A stretch of DNA of 64,000 bases, taken from a bacterium. Lineage in GTDB: Bacteria > UBA10199 > 2-02-FULL-50-16 > JAJFLM01. Location of the stretch: the NCBI GenBank assembly GCA_965216315.1, contig CBDCFN010000016.1, positions 1,184,001-1,248,000 on the forward strand, read 5' to 3'. The notes below the pieces were generated by a model, which ran no database searches, was not told the DNA's origin, and saw only the letters and a list, made by a program, of their open reading frames with translations. The translations under genes were made by a program, and so were the position numbers. Positions 9,402 to 20,630 of this stretch are shown here, in pieces. Position 1 is the first letter of the stretch; each line of letters begins with the position of its first letter.

Positions 9402-10141
9402 AATATTTAGCGCAAGCGGTGGTTGTCGCGGTTTTCTTTATCGGCCTAACCGGCGCGACGTGCTCGGAAATTTATACGAGTAAGGGGACTTGGTATCGCG
9501 TGCAAAAAGGCGATTCCATTTCTCGCATCGCCCAGCGTTTCGGCACGACAACTCAATATGTCGCCGAGATGAATAATATCACCGATTCGAATCAACTGGT
9601 GACCGGACAACGGATTTATATTCCCAATGATCGCCGTTCCTATGCGAAAAAGAAAAAATCATCCAAGAAGAGCGCCGCTGCAAAAGGAAGTCCGGAAAGT
9701 AGCGATAAAATTATTGTCCAGCGGGGTAAGTTTAGCTGGCCGGTTGAAGGGGTGTTGACTTCAAAATACGGGATGCGGCGGGGCCGCAAGCACGATGGAA
9801 TTGATATCAGTGCGCCGAAGGGAACGCCGGTCAAGGCCGCTGGGAGCGGTGAGGTGGTTTTCTCATCACGTTTGCGGGGTTATGGAAATCTCATTCTCGT
9901 CAAACATGCGGGCGATTACTTTACGGTGTACGCGCATAACTCGCGCAACCTGAAGAAAAAGGGGCAGAAAGTCAAAAAGGGCGAGGTCATCGCGCGCGTT
10001 GGAACGACGGGTCGCGCGAGCGGCCCGCATGTCCATTTTGAGGTGCGCAAGGGGAGCCGTGCCCGCAATCCATTATTCTTTTTACCGAAAACGAAAAGTC
10101 GCATTGCGAAGGGGGATCGCGTCGGGACAGGAGGAACCTAG
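9383..10141 (+). CDS. nlpD: LysM + M23 peptidase protein (NlpD-like)
   Basis: LysM YRVQKGDS, M23 HDGIDI and HVHFE; surE-pcm-nlpD synteny. Confidence 0.85.
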   Translation: MAKRRLKYLAQAVVVAVFFIGLTGATCSEIYTSKGTWYRVQKGDSISRIAQRFGTTTQYVAEMNNITDSNQLVTGQRIYIPNDRRSYAKKKKSSKKSAAAKGSPESSDKIIVQRGKFSWPVEGVLTSKYGMRRGRKHDGIDISAPKGTPVKAAGSGEVVFSSRLRGYGNLILVKHAGDYFTVYAHNSRNLKKKGQKVKKGEVIARVGTTGRASGPHVHFEVRKGSRARNPLFFLPKTKSRIAKGDRVGTGGT

Positions 10142-10663
10142 ATGGAGCTAACTCAACTAAAAGAAAAAATTCGCGATATTCCGGATTTTCCGAAACCCGG
10201 CATTGTCTTTAAAGATATTACGCCTCTGCTGGCCGATGTGGAGTCTTTTCAATCGGTGATTGATACATTTGCAAAACGTTACAGTGATAAAGGCGTTGAT
10301 GCGGTTGTCGGCGTTGAAGCGCGTGGGTTTATTTTTGGCAGTGCCTTAGCCTATCGGATCGATGCCGGTTTTATCCCGGTCCGTAAAAGCGGTAAATTGC
10401 CTCACCACACGCATCATGTGGAATATGCCCTCGAATATGGGACCGATAAAGTCGAAATGCACATCGACGCGCTCGAACCGCATCATCGTGTCGTGGTGAT
10501 CGATGACTTGCTGGCGACGGGTGGGACGGTCAAGGCCACCTGTGACCTCATCGAGAAGTTCGATTCTGAAATCATTGAATGCGGTTTTGTGGTCGAATTA
10601 GGCTTTCTCAACGGCCGCGAGCAACTCAAGGGTCGGGAGCTCTTTTCTTTAATCCAATATTAG
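10142..10663 (+). CDS. apt: adenine phosphoribosyltransferase
   Basis: IPDFPKPGIVFKDITPLL, VEARGF, VIDDLLATGGT. Confidence 0.96.
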   Translation: MELTQLKEKIRDIPDFPKPGIVFKDITPLLADVESFQSVIDTFAKRYSDKGVDAVVGVEARGFIFGSALAYRIDAGFIPVRKSGKLPHHTHHVEYALEYGTDKVEMHIDALEPHHRVVVIDDLLATGGTVKATCDLIEKFDSEIIECGFVVELGFLNGREQLKGRELFSLIQY

Positions 10664-10684
10664 CTTATCACTTAGTGGTAAATT

Positions 10685-10756
10685 GCCCTCGTAGCTCAGT
10701 GGATAGAGCATCGGCCTCCGAAGCCGGGAGCGCAGGTTCGATTCCTGCCGAGGGCG
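10685..10756 (+). tRNA. tRNA-Arg(CCG)
   Basis: GCCCTCG acceptor, TCGGC-CTCCGAA-GCCGG anticodon arm, GGTTCGATTCC T arm. Confidence 0.95.
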
Positions 10757-10766
10757 CAGTTATTGA

Positions 10767-10839
10767 GCCCCCGTAGCTCAGTGGATAGAGCACAGGATTC
10801 CTAATCCTGGTGCCGCAGGTTCGATTCCTGCCGGGGGCA
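10767..10839 (+). tRNA. tRNA-Arg(CCT)
   Basis: GCCCCCG acceptor, CAGGA-TTCCTAA-TCCTG anticodon arm, GGTTCGATTCC T arm. Confidence 0.95.
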
Positions 10840-10841
10840 CA

Positions 10842-11054
10842 TTATTTCTTCTTCCACTCGTAATATTCCTTAAATTCTTCATCGTCTTCATAGCGCTTAT
10901 CCCGGTATTTCTTGTGCAATTCAGGCTCGTAATAGCCCGGGTTCTCCTCGGTAATTTCGGTGGGCTCGGACGCGGTGGTCGGCTTGGGTTTCGAGCCTGG
11001 GCTGGCGCAAGAAATAACGGCCAGCATGATGATTATTGCCATAAAAATGCGCAT
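10842..11054 (-). CDS. small hypothetical lipoprotein
   Basis: hydrophobic signal peptide ending in AVISC, then a charged tail. Confidence 0.6.
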   Translation of the reverse strand: MRIFMAIIIMLAVISCASPGSKPKPTTASEPTEITEENPGYYEPELHKKYRDKRYEDDEEFKEYYEWKKK

Positions 11055-11175
11055 AGGAGCTGAATATCAGCCTTAGCCGGGGATGGCAATCTTAGACAAA
11101 CCTTTTGACTCCCTAGGGGCAAAATGGTACTTTACCAATGATATTAATAGATTAGCAGTTTGAGGATGAATCCAG

Positions 11176-11505
11176 ATGAACAAATCGGAACTCATCGAAG
11201 TCGTCGCCGAGCGTGGAAGAATGACGAAAAAGAAGGCAGAAGATGTGGTCAATCTCATCTTCGACTCCATGGTCGATGCCATGAAAGAGGGAGACCGCAT
11301 TGAAATTCGCGGTTTCGGCAGCTTTGTCGTCAAGGAATATGGCTCTTATACCGGACGCAATCCCCGCACCGGAGAGTCGATAAAAGTCAGTCCTAAAAAA
11401 CTTCCCTTTTTCAAGGTCGGCAAAGAGCTCAAAGAGCGGGTGGATAGTGACGAGTCTGGCGCCGTGCCCGCGCAGCCAAGTTCAAGTGAAAGTGTTGTCA
11501 GTTAG
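11176..11505 (+). CDS. ihfB: integration host factor beta / HU-family protein
   Basis: MNKSELI, RIEIRGFGSF, GRNPRTG, PFFKVGKELKERV. Confidence 0.9.
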   Translation: MNKSELIEVVAERGRMTKKKAEDVVNLIFDSMVDAMKEGDRIEIRGFGSFVVKEYGSYTGRNPRTGESIKVSPKKLPFFKVGKELKERVDSDESGAVPAQPSSSESVVS

Positions 11506-11554
11506 TCCTGATACCGCTTGACCTTTTGCTGTCCCTGCCGTACATCGCGCCGCT

Positions 11555-12418
11555 GTGACTTGCTGTTTTTCCTCATCCGCTCCTGAATTTCCCCAGCAAC
11601 TCAAAGAGATTCCTTCCCCGCCAGCCGAGCTGTTCTGCCGCGGTGATGAAAATCTGCTCCAGTGGGAACCTAAAATCGCCGTCATTGGAACCCGCAATCC
11701 GACCGCCTATGGAATTGAACTCGGACGCGCGATTGCGGGCGACTTAGCGAAGGCGCAGGTCTGTGTGATTAGCGGGTTAGCTCTTGGTATCGATGCGGTG
11801 GCGCATGAGGCGGCACTGGATGCCGGCGGGAAGACCATTGCGGTGCTGGGTTCGGACATCGACCATATCACGCCGGCGCGGAACCGCGCCTTGGGAACAC
11901 GCATCATCGAGCAAGGCTTAGTCGTTTCGGAATATGGAAGCGGCTTAAAGACGCAGAGCTGGCATTTTGCCGCCCGTAATCGCCTCATCAGCGGACTCGC
12001 GCGCGCCGTCGTCATTATCGAGGCGGCCGAGCGGAGTGGCACCCTCATCACGGCGAAATGCGCCCTCGATCAGGGGCGTGAGGTCTTCGCCTTGCCGGGG
12101 CCCGCAAATGTGCGCCAGAGTGCCGGTACCCTCCAGTTATTGCGGGATGGGGCCCGCCTCATCCGCTCTGGAGAGGACATTTTGCAGGATTTAGGGCTCC
12201 GTTCCGCTGGTCAGTTGCCCTTTAGTGATGTAAATGCTTATAATCACAGCGGAAAACAGGACCCCTTATTAAAGTACTTCCTTAAGGGCCCTGTACATAT
12301 GGATGAATTGCTGGAAAAATCCGGTATGGAGCCTGCCGCTTTGAGCCAGAGCCTGCTTGGCTTGGAACTTGAGGGGCAGATACAACAGTTGCCAGGACAG
12401 CGTTTCGTGAGGAGTTAA
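11555..12418 (+). CDS. dprA: DNA-processing protein DprA (start uncertain)
   Basis: AVIGTR, SGLALGID, RNRLISGL, EAAERSGTLITA; precedes topA. Confidence 0.93.
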   Translation: MTCCFSSSAPEFPQQLKEIPSPPAELFCRGDENLLQWEPKIAVIGTRNPTAYGIELGRAIAGDLAKAQVCVISGLALGIDAVAHEAALDAGGKTIAVLGSDIDHITPARNRALGTRIIEQGLVVSEYGSGLKTQSWHFAARNRLISGLARAVVIIEAAERSGTLITAKCALDQGREVFALPGPANVRQSAGTLQLLRDGARLIRSGEDILQDLGLRSAGQLPFSDVNAYNHSGKQDPLLKYFLKGPVHMDELLEKSGMEPAALSQSLLGLELEGQIQQLPGQRFVRS

Positions 12419-12421
12419 TCA

Positions 12422-14713
12422 GTGGCCCATTCACTTGTCATTGTTGAGTCGCCGGCTAAGGCCAAGACGATCGGGAAGTATCTCGGCAAGGGATATCGCG
12501 TCAAAGCTTCGGTGGGGCATATTAAGGATCTTCCCAAGAGTAAATTGGGCGTCGACATCGAGGATGATTTTAAGCCGACTTATAAGGTGATCTCCGGCAA
12601 GAAGCAGACGATTACGGAGCTGAAAAAAGCGGCCGAAGGGGCCGAGCATATTTATCTCGCCCTCGACCCCGATCGCGAAGGGGAGGCGATCGCCTTTCAT
12701 CTGGCCGAAGAACTGTCGGCCAAGAAGAAAGGGCGCAAAAAAGCGGACGACGGGGAAGACAAGACCTTTGACGGGCGGATTCAACGCATCCTCTTTAACG
12801 AGATTACTAAAAAAGCGATTCAAGCCGCGGTCAAGGCCCCGAAGGCCTTAGATAAGCATCTCTATGAGGCCCAGCAAGCCCGCCGTATCCTGGATCGCCT
12901 CGTGGGTTATCAGTTGTCGCCGCTGCTCTGGGAAAAGGTCAGGCGCGGGTTGTCGGCCGGGCGCGTTCAGTCGGTTTCGCTCCGGATTATTTGCGAGCGG
13001 GAACGTGACATCAAGGCCTTTAACATCGAGGAGTATTGGTCGCTGCATGCCCAGTTAGAAGGAAGTCAGCAGCCGACCTTCGAGGCGAAGCTGGCGAAGA
13101 TCGATGGAAAAAAACCGGAGATCGGGGATGAGACGCTCGCCAAGGGTCTCGTCGATGAATTTAAGGCGCAGCCCTTTCTCCTGAAAGAGGTGGTGCGTAA
13201 AGAGCGCCGCCGCAAAGCCGCCCCTCCTTTTATAACGAGTACCTTGCAGCAGGAGGCCGCGCGTAAGCTGGGCTTTACGGCGAAACGGACGATGCGGGCC
13301 GCGCAGGGACTCTATGAAGGGGTTGATCTCGGCGACGAGGGTTCGGTGGGGCTGATTACGTATATGCGAACCGACTCAACCCGTATCTCGGATGATGCCT
13401 TGGCGGAGGCGCGCGACTTGATCAATAAAAAATATGGCGCGGACTATCTGCCGGAAAAGCCGAACGTTTATAAGAGTAAAAAAGGCTCCCAGGATGCGCA
13501 TGAGGCGGTCCGGCCGACGAGCGTGAATTATGAGCCGAGCCAAATAAAGGGGTTCTTGGAAAAAGACCAGTTCAAACTCTACGATCTGATTTGGAAGCGC
13601 TTTATGGCCTGTCAGATGGCCCATGCCGTGATGGACCAAACGAGTCTCGTCATCGAGGCCGGGCGGGGCGAATTCAGGGCCTCAGGGTCCGTGATTAAGT
13701 TTCCCGGTTTTCTGGCGATCTATCAGGAAGGCCGCGATGATGACAAAGAAGATGAAAACGAAACCAAAGACCAACTGCCGGATCTCAAAGACGGTGAGAC
13801 CTTAAAGCTGCTGGAATTGCGGCCCGACCAACATTTTACCGAACCCCCGCCGCGTTTCACCGAGGCCTCCTTGATTAAAGAGCTCGAAGAGAAGGGGATT
13901 GGGCGGCCGTCGACCTATGCCGCCATTCTATCGAATATTGTCGACCGCGAATATGTCCACAAAGAGGACAAGCGCTTGGCACCGACGGATCTCGGTTTTA
14001 TCGTCAATGACCTCCTGGTCGAGAATTTCCCGAACGTGATGAACGTCGAATTTACCGCCAAGATGGAGCAGGAGCTTGATGGGGTTGAAGAAGGCTCCTG
14101 CAATATGGTCGGGGCGGTACGCGATTTCTACGAGCCTTTCGAAAAGAATCTCGAGCGGGCCAAGGTGCACATGAAGAACATGAAGGCCCAGGAGATTGAA
14201 ACCGAAGTCGTCTGCGAAAAATGCGGTAAGCCCATGGTGATCAAATGGGGTCGCCGGGGTGAGTTCCTCGCCTGCACGGGTTATCCGGAGTGCCGTCATA
14301 CCTGTGAGTTTCAAAAGGACGATGAGGGCCGGGTCATTCCGATGAAGATGGAGGTGACCGGGGAATTCTGCGCGGAATGTGCGTCGCCGATGATATTAAA
14401 GAAAGGGCGTTACGGTTCGTTTCTCGCCTGTTCGCGTTATCCTGATTGCAAGGCGACCCGCTCGGTGAATATAGGCGTCGAATGTCCGCTTTGTGGCGGC
14501 AATGTCGTCGAGCGCCGGACTAAAAAAGGCAAAGTGTTCTTTGGCTGCAGCGCTTACCCCAAGTGTACGTTTGCCAGCTGGAGTAAACCCATCAACGAAA
14601 AGTGTCCGGATTGTAGCTCTCCTTATCTTATTGAGAAGGAAACGAAAAAAGACGGCCAGTACATCGCTTGTCCGGAAAAAGAATGTCCCTATCGTCGTGA
14701 GGTTCCGGCGTGA
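12422..14713 (+). CDS. topA: DNA topoisomerase I
   Basis: LVIVESPAKAKTI, DPDREGEAI, SAGRVQS, LITYMRTDS, C-terminal zinc ribbons. Confidence 0.97.
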   Translation: MAHSLVIVESPAKAKTIGKYLGKGYRVKASVGHIKDLPKSKLGVDIEDDFKPTYKVISGKKQTITELKKAAEGAEHIYLALDPDREGEAIAFHLAEELSAKKKGRKKADDGEDKTFDGRIQRILFNEITKKAIQAAVKAPKALDKHLYEAQQARRILDRLVGYQLSPLLWEKVRRGLSAGRVQSVSLRIICERERDIKAFNIEEYWSLHAQLEGSQQPTFEAKLAKIDGKKPEIGDETLAKGLVDEFKAQPFLLKEVVRKERRRKAAPPFITSTLQQEAARKLGFTAKRTMRAAQGLYEGVDLGDEGSVGLITYMRTDSTRISDDALAEARDLINKKYGADYLPEKPNVYKSKKGSQDAHEAVRPTSVNYEPSQIKGFLEKDQFKLYDLIWKRFMACQMAHAVMDQTSLVIEAGRGEFRASGSVIKFPGFLAIYQEGRDDDKEDENETKDQLPDLKDGETLKLLELRPDQHFTEPPPRFTEASLIKELEEKGIGRPSTYAAILSNIVDREYVHKEDKRLAPTDLGFIVNDLLVENFPNVMNVEFTAKMEQELDGVEEGSCNMVGAVRDFYEPFEKNLERAKVHMKNMKAQEIETEVVCEKCGKPMVIKWGRRGEFLACTGYPECRHTCEFQKDDEGRVIPMKMEVTGEFCAECASPMILKKGRYGSFLACSRYPDCKATRSVNIGVECPLCGGNVVERRTKKGKVFFGCSAYPKCTFASWSKPINEKCPDCSSPYLIEKETKKDGQYIACPEKECPYRREVPA

Positions 14714-15621
14714 GTCCCCCATTGGACCCGACCATCAAACAATTTTTGGAATGGCTGGAAAATGAGAAAAGAGCCTCGAAGCATACGGTGTCCAATTACC
14801 GGCGCGATCTGCGGCAATGGAAAACATTTCTGGAAGGTCGCTATCCGGATGCTATCAAGGCCGGCCAGATTATCCTGAAAAAAGTCAGCCCGGACATGAT
14901 CCGTGATTGGTTGGCGCATCTCTTTAGTGACCATCAGGCCTCGTCGATTGCGCGCAAGTTGGCTGCGGTGCGTTCGTTTTTTAAATTTCTATCGCGTCGT
15001 CATGGTTTGCCGGTTGATCCCGCGCAGCAAGTCAGTGCGCCCAAGCAGCCGAAAAAAATACCGGTGTTCTTAGGGGTTGATGACCTCCTGCACTTGTTGG
15101 CGAGTATCAAGACCGATACCTGGCTGGGCTTGCGGAACCGGGCCATCGTTGAAATGCTCTATTCTTCGGGCCTGCGGGTCGGCGAATTGGTCGGGCTCGG
15201 CCTTGCGGACATCGATTTTGAAGGGCACGTCCTGCGTGTCATGGGCAAGGGAAGTAAAGAACGCTTAGTGCCCTTTGGTAAGACGGCGAATGAAGCGCTG
15301 AAGGAATATATGTTGCAACGAACGGCGAAGGCTCAGGCCGGGGAAGAGGCTTTATTCATCAATAAATTGGGCAGACGCTTGACCGCGCGGAGTGTGGAGC
15401 GACTCATCGAGAAATTAAGGCGTGACGCCGGTCTCGCGGCGCGGGTCACGCCGCATACCTTGCGGCATAGTTTTGCCACCCATCTGCTCGATGGGGGCGC
15501 CGATTTGCGGAGTATTCAGGAGCTGTTGGGGCATGCCAATCTCTCGACAACCCAGAAGTACACGCATATTACGCTTGATCGATTGATGGAAGTGTACGAT
15601 AAAGCTCATCCTAAGGCCTAG
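14710..15621 (+). CDS. xerC: tyrosine recombinase XerC
   Basis: LYSSGLRVGEL, GKGSKER, PHTLRHSFATHLL, LGHANLSTTQKY; topA-xerC-hslV synteny. Confidence 0.93.
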   Translation: MSPPLDPTIKQFLEWLENEKRASKHTVSNYRRDLRQWKTFLEGRYPDAIKAGQIILKKVSPDMIRDWLAHLFSDHQASSIARKLAAVRSFFKFLSRRHGLPVDPAQQVSAPKQPKKIPVFLGVDDLLHLLASIKTDTWLGLRNRAIVEMLYSSGLRVGELVGLGLADIDFEGHVLRVMGKGSKERLVPFGKTANEALKEYMLQRTAKAQAGEEALFINKLGRRLTARSVERLIEKLRRDAGLAARVTPHTLRHSFATHLLDGGADLRSIQELLGHANLSTTQKYTHITLDRLMEVYDKAHPKA

Positions 15622-15645
15622 GGGCTCTAATTTGGTATTTTAGCG

Positions 15646-15677
15646 GGGCACCCCAGTATGGGTGCCCATTATTTTTT
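15646..15677 (+). terminator. possible intrinsic terminator after xerC
   Basis: GGGCACCC-CAGTAT-GGGTGCCC followed by ATTATTTTTT. Confidence 0.45.
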
Positions 15678-15693
15678 GTGGGTAGGATAACTT

Positions 15694-16239
15694 ATGGAAC
15701 ATAAAGACGGGATCTTTTACGGAACGACGATTCTGGCGGTGGCCCGCGACGGCAAGGTGGCCTTCGGTGGGGACGGACAGATCACGCTCTCGACAACGGT
15801 GATGAAAGAGAGTGCGGTGAAGATTCGTACGCTGCGCAACAAGAGCGTGCTCGCGGGCTTTGCCGGGTCGACGGCGGATGCCCTGACTTTGTTTGAGAAG
15901 TTTGAGGGCAAATTGGAAGAGTATAGTGGCAATCTCACCCGCGCGGCGGTCGAAATGGCGAAAGAATGGCGGACGGATAAATACTTGCGTCGCTTGGAAG
16001 CGCTCTTAGTCGTCGGTGATAAGACGCGCATCCTGACCTTGTCGGGGACCGGTGATGTCATCGAAACGGATGACGGACTGACGGCGATCGGCTCCGGCGG
16101 GCCTTATGCCCTCGCGGCGGCCCGGGCATTAGCCCAGAACACCAAGGATAGCGCGCGTGAAATCGTCGAAAAGGCGCTTAAGATAGCCGCGTCTATTTGC
16201 ATTTATACGAACGATCATCTGTCTATTGAGGAGTTATAA
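15694..16239 (+). CDS. hslV: ATP-dependent protease subunit HslV
   Basis: [35 protein letters not shown]. Confidence 0.97.
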   Translation: MEHKDGIFYGTTILAVARDGKVAFGGDGQITLSTTVMKESAVKIRTLRNKSVLAGFAGSTADALTLFEKFEGKLEEYSGNLTRAAVEMAKEWRTDKYLRRLEALLVVGDKTRILTLSGTGDVIETDDGLTAIGSGGPYALAAARALAQNTKDSAREIVEKALKIAASICIYTNDHLSIEEL

Positions 16240-16248
16240 AGAAGCATT

Positions 16249-17652
16249 ATGGAATCATTGACCCCTAAGGAAATTGTCGAGGCACTCAATAAATACATCG
16301 TCGGGCAGCACGATGCCAAACGCGCTGTCGCGATTGCCGTGCGTAATCGCTGGCGGAGACAGCGGCTTCCCGAGGAGCTGCGCGACGAAGTCGCCCCTAA
16401 GAACATCATGATGATCGGGCCGACCGGTGTCGGTAAGACCGAGATCGCACGGCGCCTGGCCAAGTTGGTGAATGCCCCCTTTATTAAGGTGGAGGCGGTT
16501 AAGTTTACCGAAGTGGGCTACATCGGCAAGGATGTGGAGAGTATGATTCGGGATCTCGTCGATCTGGCGGTTAAAATGGTGACGGAAGAAGAACAGGAGA
16601 CGGTCCGGTCCCGGGCCAAAGAAATGGCCGAGGAACGCGTCTTGGAATTGTTGGTTCCGGATGTTGCGGCGAAGCCGCAGGATTCGACGGATGTGTGGAC
16701 CGCGATACCGGGCGAAGGCATCCAGGCCCAGGAACCGGCCCCCGCGGAAGCCGACAAACCTTCATCGGTTAGTGATACCCGAGAAAAAATGCGGCAGCTG
16801 CTTCGGGATGGCAAGCTGGATAAACGCATGATCGAATTGGAGACGATGGCGAAGGCGACACCGGTTGTCGAAGTCGTTGGGGCCAGCGGCCTCGAGGAGA
16901 TGGGCCTCAATCTGCGGGAAATGTTCGGCAATATCATGCCGCGCAATAAGAAGCGGCGTAAGGTCAGCGTTCAAGAGGCCTTGAAGCTACTCGCGGAAGA
17001 AGAAGCCCAAAAATTGATCGATCAGGACCTGGTCATTAAAAAGGCGATCGATCTGACCGAACAGAGCGGCATCATCTTTCTGGACGAGATTGATAAGGTG
17101 GCGGCGCGGGATTCATCGGGCAAGGGTCCGGATGTTTCGAGGGAAGGCGTGCAGCGGGATATACTGCCGATCATTGAGGGCTCTACGGTCAATACCAAGT
17201 ACGGGATGGTCAAGACGGATCACATTCTATTCGTGGCCGCCGGCGCCTTTCATCTGACGAAGCCCTCCGACTTGATGCCGGAGCTGCAAGGACGCTTTCC
17301 GATTCGGGTCGAGTTGGATTCCTTGTCCAAAGAAGACTTTTTGACGATCTTAAAGGAGCCGCAAAACTCTTTAACCCGGCAGTATGTCGCCTTGCTCGGG
17401 ACCGAAGAGATCAAGCTTGAGTTTATGCCCGATGCCCTAGAGGAGATCGCTACTTTTTCAGCGCTTGTTAATGACCGAACGGAGAATATTGGGGCGCGGC
17501 GGCTTCACACGATTATGGAACACGTCGTCGAGGACATCAGTTATGATGCGCCGGACAAACAAGGCGAATCGATTCAAATCACGGCGGAGTATGTGAGGGA
17601 TCGCCTCAAGGAAGTCGTCGAAGACCAAGATCTCAGCAGGTATATACTATAG
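16249..17652 (+). CDS. hslU: ATP-dependent protease ATPase subunit HslU
   Basis: [46 protein letters not shown]. Confidence 0.97.
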   Translation: MESLTPKEIVEALNKYIVGQHDAKRAVAIAVRNRWRRQRLPEELRDEVAPKNIMMIGPTGVGKTEIARRLAKLVNAPFIKVEAVKFTEVGYIGKDVESMIRDLVDLAVKMVTEEEQETVRSRAKEMAEERVLELLVPDVAAKPQDSTDVWTAIPGEGIQAQEPAPAEADKPSSVSDTREKMRQLLRDGKLDKRMIELETMAKATPVVEVVGASGLEEMGLNLREMFGNIMPRNKKRRKVSVQEALKLLAEEEAQKLIDQDLVIKKAIDLTEQSGIIFLDEIDKVAARDSSGKGPDVSREGVQRDILPIIEGSTVNTKYGMVKTDHILFVAAGAFHLTKPSDLMPELQGRFPIRVELDSLSKEDFLTILKEPQNSLTRQYVALLGTEEIKLEFMPDALEEIATFSALVNDRTENIGARRLHTIMEHVVEDISYDAPDKQGESIQITAEYVRDRLKEVVEDQDLSRYIL

Positions 17653-17654
17653 TT

Positions 17655-18533
17655 ATGGACGATCCGATCAAAAGAGCCTCCGTTCTCATGGAAGCGCTGC
17701 CCTATATCAGGCGCTTTTATGGGAAGACCATCGTTGTGAAGTACGGTGGCAGTGGGATGATAACCGATGAGCTCAAGGAGAGCTTTGCGCGGGATATCAC
17801 CTTGCTCAAGTATATCGGCATGAACCCCGTCATCGTTCATGGCGGCGGGCCGCAGATCGGTTCGATGCTCAAAAAGATGGGGATCGAGAGCCGCTTTCAC
17901 GAGGGTATGCGGATCACCGACGAAGAAACAATGGACGTCGTCGAGATGGTCCTCGGTGGCAAGATCAATAAAGAGATTGTGTCCTTGATCAATCGACATG
18001 GGGGTAAGGCGGTCGGCTTGTCCGGTAAAGACGGCCAGTTGATCGTCGCGGAGAAAATTCCCGCGGAAAAAGTCCATAAAGAAGATAGTCCTCCGGAGTT
18101 GATCGACCTGGGCCGGGTCGGCAAGGTCAAGCATGTCAATCCGTCGGTGTTGGAAACATTAGATACCAAGAATTTTATTCCAGTCATCGCGCCGATCGGC
18201 GTCAGTGAGTCCGGTGAAACCCTCAATATTAACGCGGATTGGGTGGCCGGTGAAGTCGCCGGGGCGCTAAAGGCCGAAAAACTCTTGCTGATGACGGATG
18301 TGGCCGGGGTACAGGATGATAACAAGCAACTGATTCCGGTCTTGGAGCGAAAGCGCCTGGAAGAATTGCTCAATGACAATATTATTCAAGGGGGCATGCG
18401 GCCGAAGGTGAAGGCCGCCTTGTGTGCGCTAGAGAGCGGCACGCATTCCGCCCATATCATTGACGGGCGGGTTCAGCATGCCGTTCTATTGGAAATCCTT
18501 ACCGATGAAGGTGTAGGGACGATTGTAGAATAA
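17655..18533 (+). CDS. argB: acetylglutamate kinase
   Basis: [34 protein letters not shown]. Confidence 0.96.
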   Translation: MDDPIKRASVLMEALPYIRRFYGKTIVVKYGGSGMITDELKESFARDITLLKYIGMNPVIVHGGGPQIGSMLKKMGIESRFHEGMRITDEETMDVVEMVLGGKINKEIVSLINRHGGKAVGLSGKDGQLIVAEKIPAEKVHKEDSPPELIDLGRVGKVKHVNPSVLETLDTKNFIPVIAPIGVSESGETLNINADWVAGEVAGALKAEKLLLMTDVAGVQDDNKQLIPVLERKRLEELLNDNIIQGGMRPKVKAALCALESGTHSAHIIDGRVQHAVLLEILTDEGVGTIVE

Positions 18534-19724
18534 ATGGATCTCGAGACCATAATCAGTACATCACAGCAGTATCTCATCGGGAACTATAAGCGCTTTCCGG
18601 TCGCCTGGAAAAAGGGCAAGGGAGTCTATCTCTGGGATACGACGGGGAAGAAATATCTCGATTTAGTCGCCGGCATTGCGGTCAATACCCTGGGCTATAA
18701 TCATCCGCGCATTGCCTATGTCCTGTCCAAGATGGCGACGCACCCGCTGCATGTCAGTAATCTCTATGAAATCGAAGAGCAGGCCGCGCTCGCCAAAAAG
18801 CTCGTTGATCTGAGTTTTGCCGCCAAGGCGTTCTTTTGTAACAGTGGCACGGAAGCGACCGAAGCCGCGGTCAAGGTCGCCCGCAAGTGGGGTAACGAGA
18901 AGGCAGACCAGCCGCGCAACGAAATCTTAACGACCTCCATGTCGTTTCACGGCCGGACGCTCAGTATGATCGCGGCCTCGGGGCAAGAAAAGCTGCGGAA
19001 GGGTTTCGATCCGATGCTGCCGGGGTTTCGTCACGTCCCTTATAATGATGCCACTGCCATGCGGGAAGCGGTCGGGCCCGAGACCTGTGCGATCATGGTC
19101 GAGCCGGTGCAGGGCGAGGGCGGCATCAATATTCCGGATCGGAATTATTTAAAGGAACTCAAGGATATCTGTCAGGAGCACCAACTGCTCTTGATCTTGG
19201 ATGAGGTGCAGAGTGGGATTGCCCGGACCGGGACGATGTTTGCCTACGAACAGTTTGGCGTCGTGCCGGATATTATCGCCTTAGCCAAGGGCCTGGGCGG
19301 CGGCGTACCGATCGGGGCGATGTTGGCCCGTGAATCCGTGGCGGAGAGCCTGACCCCGGGGTCCCATGGGAGTACCTTTGGGGGCAACCCGCTGGTGACG
19401 GCCGTGGCCACCGCGGTACTGGAGGCGATCGAGGAAGAAGATCTCGTGGAGCAGAGTGCGGAACTGGGGCAGTATTTCTTAAAATGCCTTAACGAGCTGC
19501 AGTCGCGCTATGATTTCTTACATGGCGCCCGGGGGATCGGGCAGATGCTGGCGATTGATATTGATCAGGAGGCACGCCCCGTTGTAGAAAAGTGTTTGGA
19601 AGAGGGCTTGATAATCAATGCCGTGCAGGCGCATACCTTGCGCTTTTTGCCGCCGCTCATCATCAATCGGAAGCAGATTGATGAGGGCATTGAAATTTTG
19701 GACTCGGTTTTTAAGGAATTGTAA
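18534..19724 (+). CDS. argD: acetylornithine aminotransferase
   Basis: FFCNSGTEA, FHGRT, EPVQGEGG, DEVQSG, AKGLGGG, HGSTFGGNP. Confidence 0.95.
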   Translation: MDLETIISTSQQYLIGNYKRFPVAWKKGKGVYLWDTTGKKYLDLVAGIAVNTLGYNHPRIAYVLSKMATHPLHVSNLYEIEEQAALAKKLVDLSFAAKAFFCNSGTEATEAAVKVARKWGNEKADQPRNEILTTSMSFHGRTLSMIAASGQEKLRKGFDPMLPGFRHVPYNDATAMREAVGPETCAIMVEPVQGEGGINIPDRNYLKELKDICQEHQLLLILDEVQSGIARTGTMFAYEQFGVVPDIIALAKGLGGGVPIGAMLARESVAESLTPGSHGSTFGGNPLVTAVATAVLEAIEEEDLVEQSAELGQYFLKCLNELQSRYDFLHGARGIGQMLAIDIDQEARPVVEKCLEEGLIINAVQAHTLRFLPPLIINRKQIDEGIEILDSVFKEL

Positions 19725-20629
19725 TGAAAAAGGACCTGTTAACACTGTGGGATCTGGAGGCGGAAGAAATACTCTCCATCGTCGATGATGCGGTGACGGA
19801 GAAGGAATGTCCGACCGCCGATCAACCGCTCGCCGGCAAGACCTTGGCCCTCGTCTTTGAGAAGTCCTCTACGCGCACCAAAGTCAGTTTTACCGTCGCG
19901 GCGCAGCAACTAGGCGCCGGCGTCGTGAGTTTGGATCAACAAAGCAGCCAACTCGGTCGTGGGGAGACCCATGCCGATACGGGCCGGGTCTTGAGTCAAT
20001 ATGTCGATGGCATTGTGCTCAGGACCTTTGCGCAGCGCAATCTCGAAGAGCTTGCCGCGGCTGCGAGCGTGCCCGTGATCAATGGTCTCTCTGATGCCTA
20101 TCACCCTTGCCAAGTCCTTGCCGACCTTGCGACGGTTCAAGAAAACTTTGGTGAGTTAAAGGATATTCGCTTTGCCTGGGTTGGGGATGGCAACAATATG
20201 ACCCATAGCTGGATTGTCGCGGCGGCCAAGTTAGGGCTTGAGCTGCAGATTGCCACTCCGAAGGGCCGGGAGCCGGCCGCGGATGTCGTCAAACGAGCCG
20301 GTGAGTTGACGGACAAAATCCATATCGGTACGGACCCGGTGGCAGCGGTCAAGGGGGCTCACGTGATTAATGCGGATACCTGGGTGAGTATGGGGCAGGA
20401 AGATGAGGCCGAAGCGGTAGCGGTCTTTGAACCGTATCAGGTAAACGCGGCGCTTTTGAAGCACGCGACGGATAGTGCCATCGTATTACATTGCTTGCCG
20501 GCTCACCGGGGCGAGGAAATCACCGATGAGGTGATGGACGGGCCGCAATCACGTATCTGGCAGCAGGCCCAGTATCGCCTGCATGCCCAAAAGATTATTT
20601 TGAAACGTTTTATGGGGGATAGGACTTAA
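19724..20629 (+). CDS. argF: ornithine carbamoyltransferase
   Basis: SSTRTK, HPCQVLAD, WVSMG, HCLPAHRG. Confidence 0.96.
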   Translation: MKKDLLTLWDLEAEEILSIVDDAVTEKECPTADQPLAGKTLALVFEKSSTRTKVSFTVAAQQLGAGVVSLDQQSSQLGRGETHADTGRVLSQYVDGIVLRTFAQRNLEELAAAASVPVINGLSDAYHPCQVLADLATVQENFGELKDIRFAWVGDGNNMTHSWIVAAAKLGLELQIATPKGREPAADVVKRAGELTDKIHIGTDPVAAVKGAHVINADTWVSMGQEDEAEAVAVFEPYQVNAALLKHATDSAIVLHCLPAHRGEEITDEVMDGPQSRIWQQAQYRLHAQKIILKRFMGDRT

Positions 20630-20630
20630 T

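Noticed and set aside
10685..10839. tRNA-Arg pair as an integration site
   Set aside because: No integrase nearby, and I found no duplicated tRNA 3' end in the window.
14710..15621. xerC as the island's integrase
   Set aside because: It sits in the conserved dprA-topA-xerC-hslVU context with host-like composition, 6 kb from the island.
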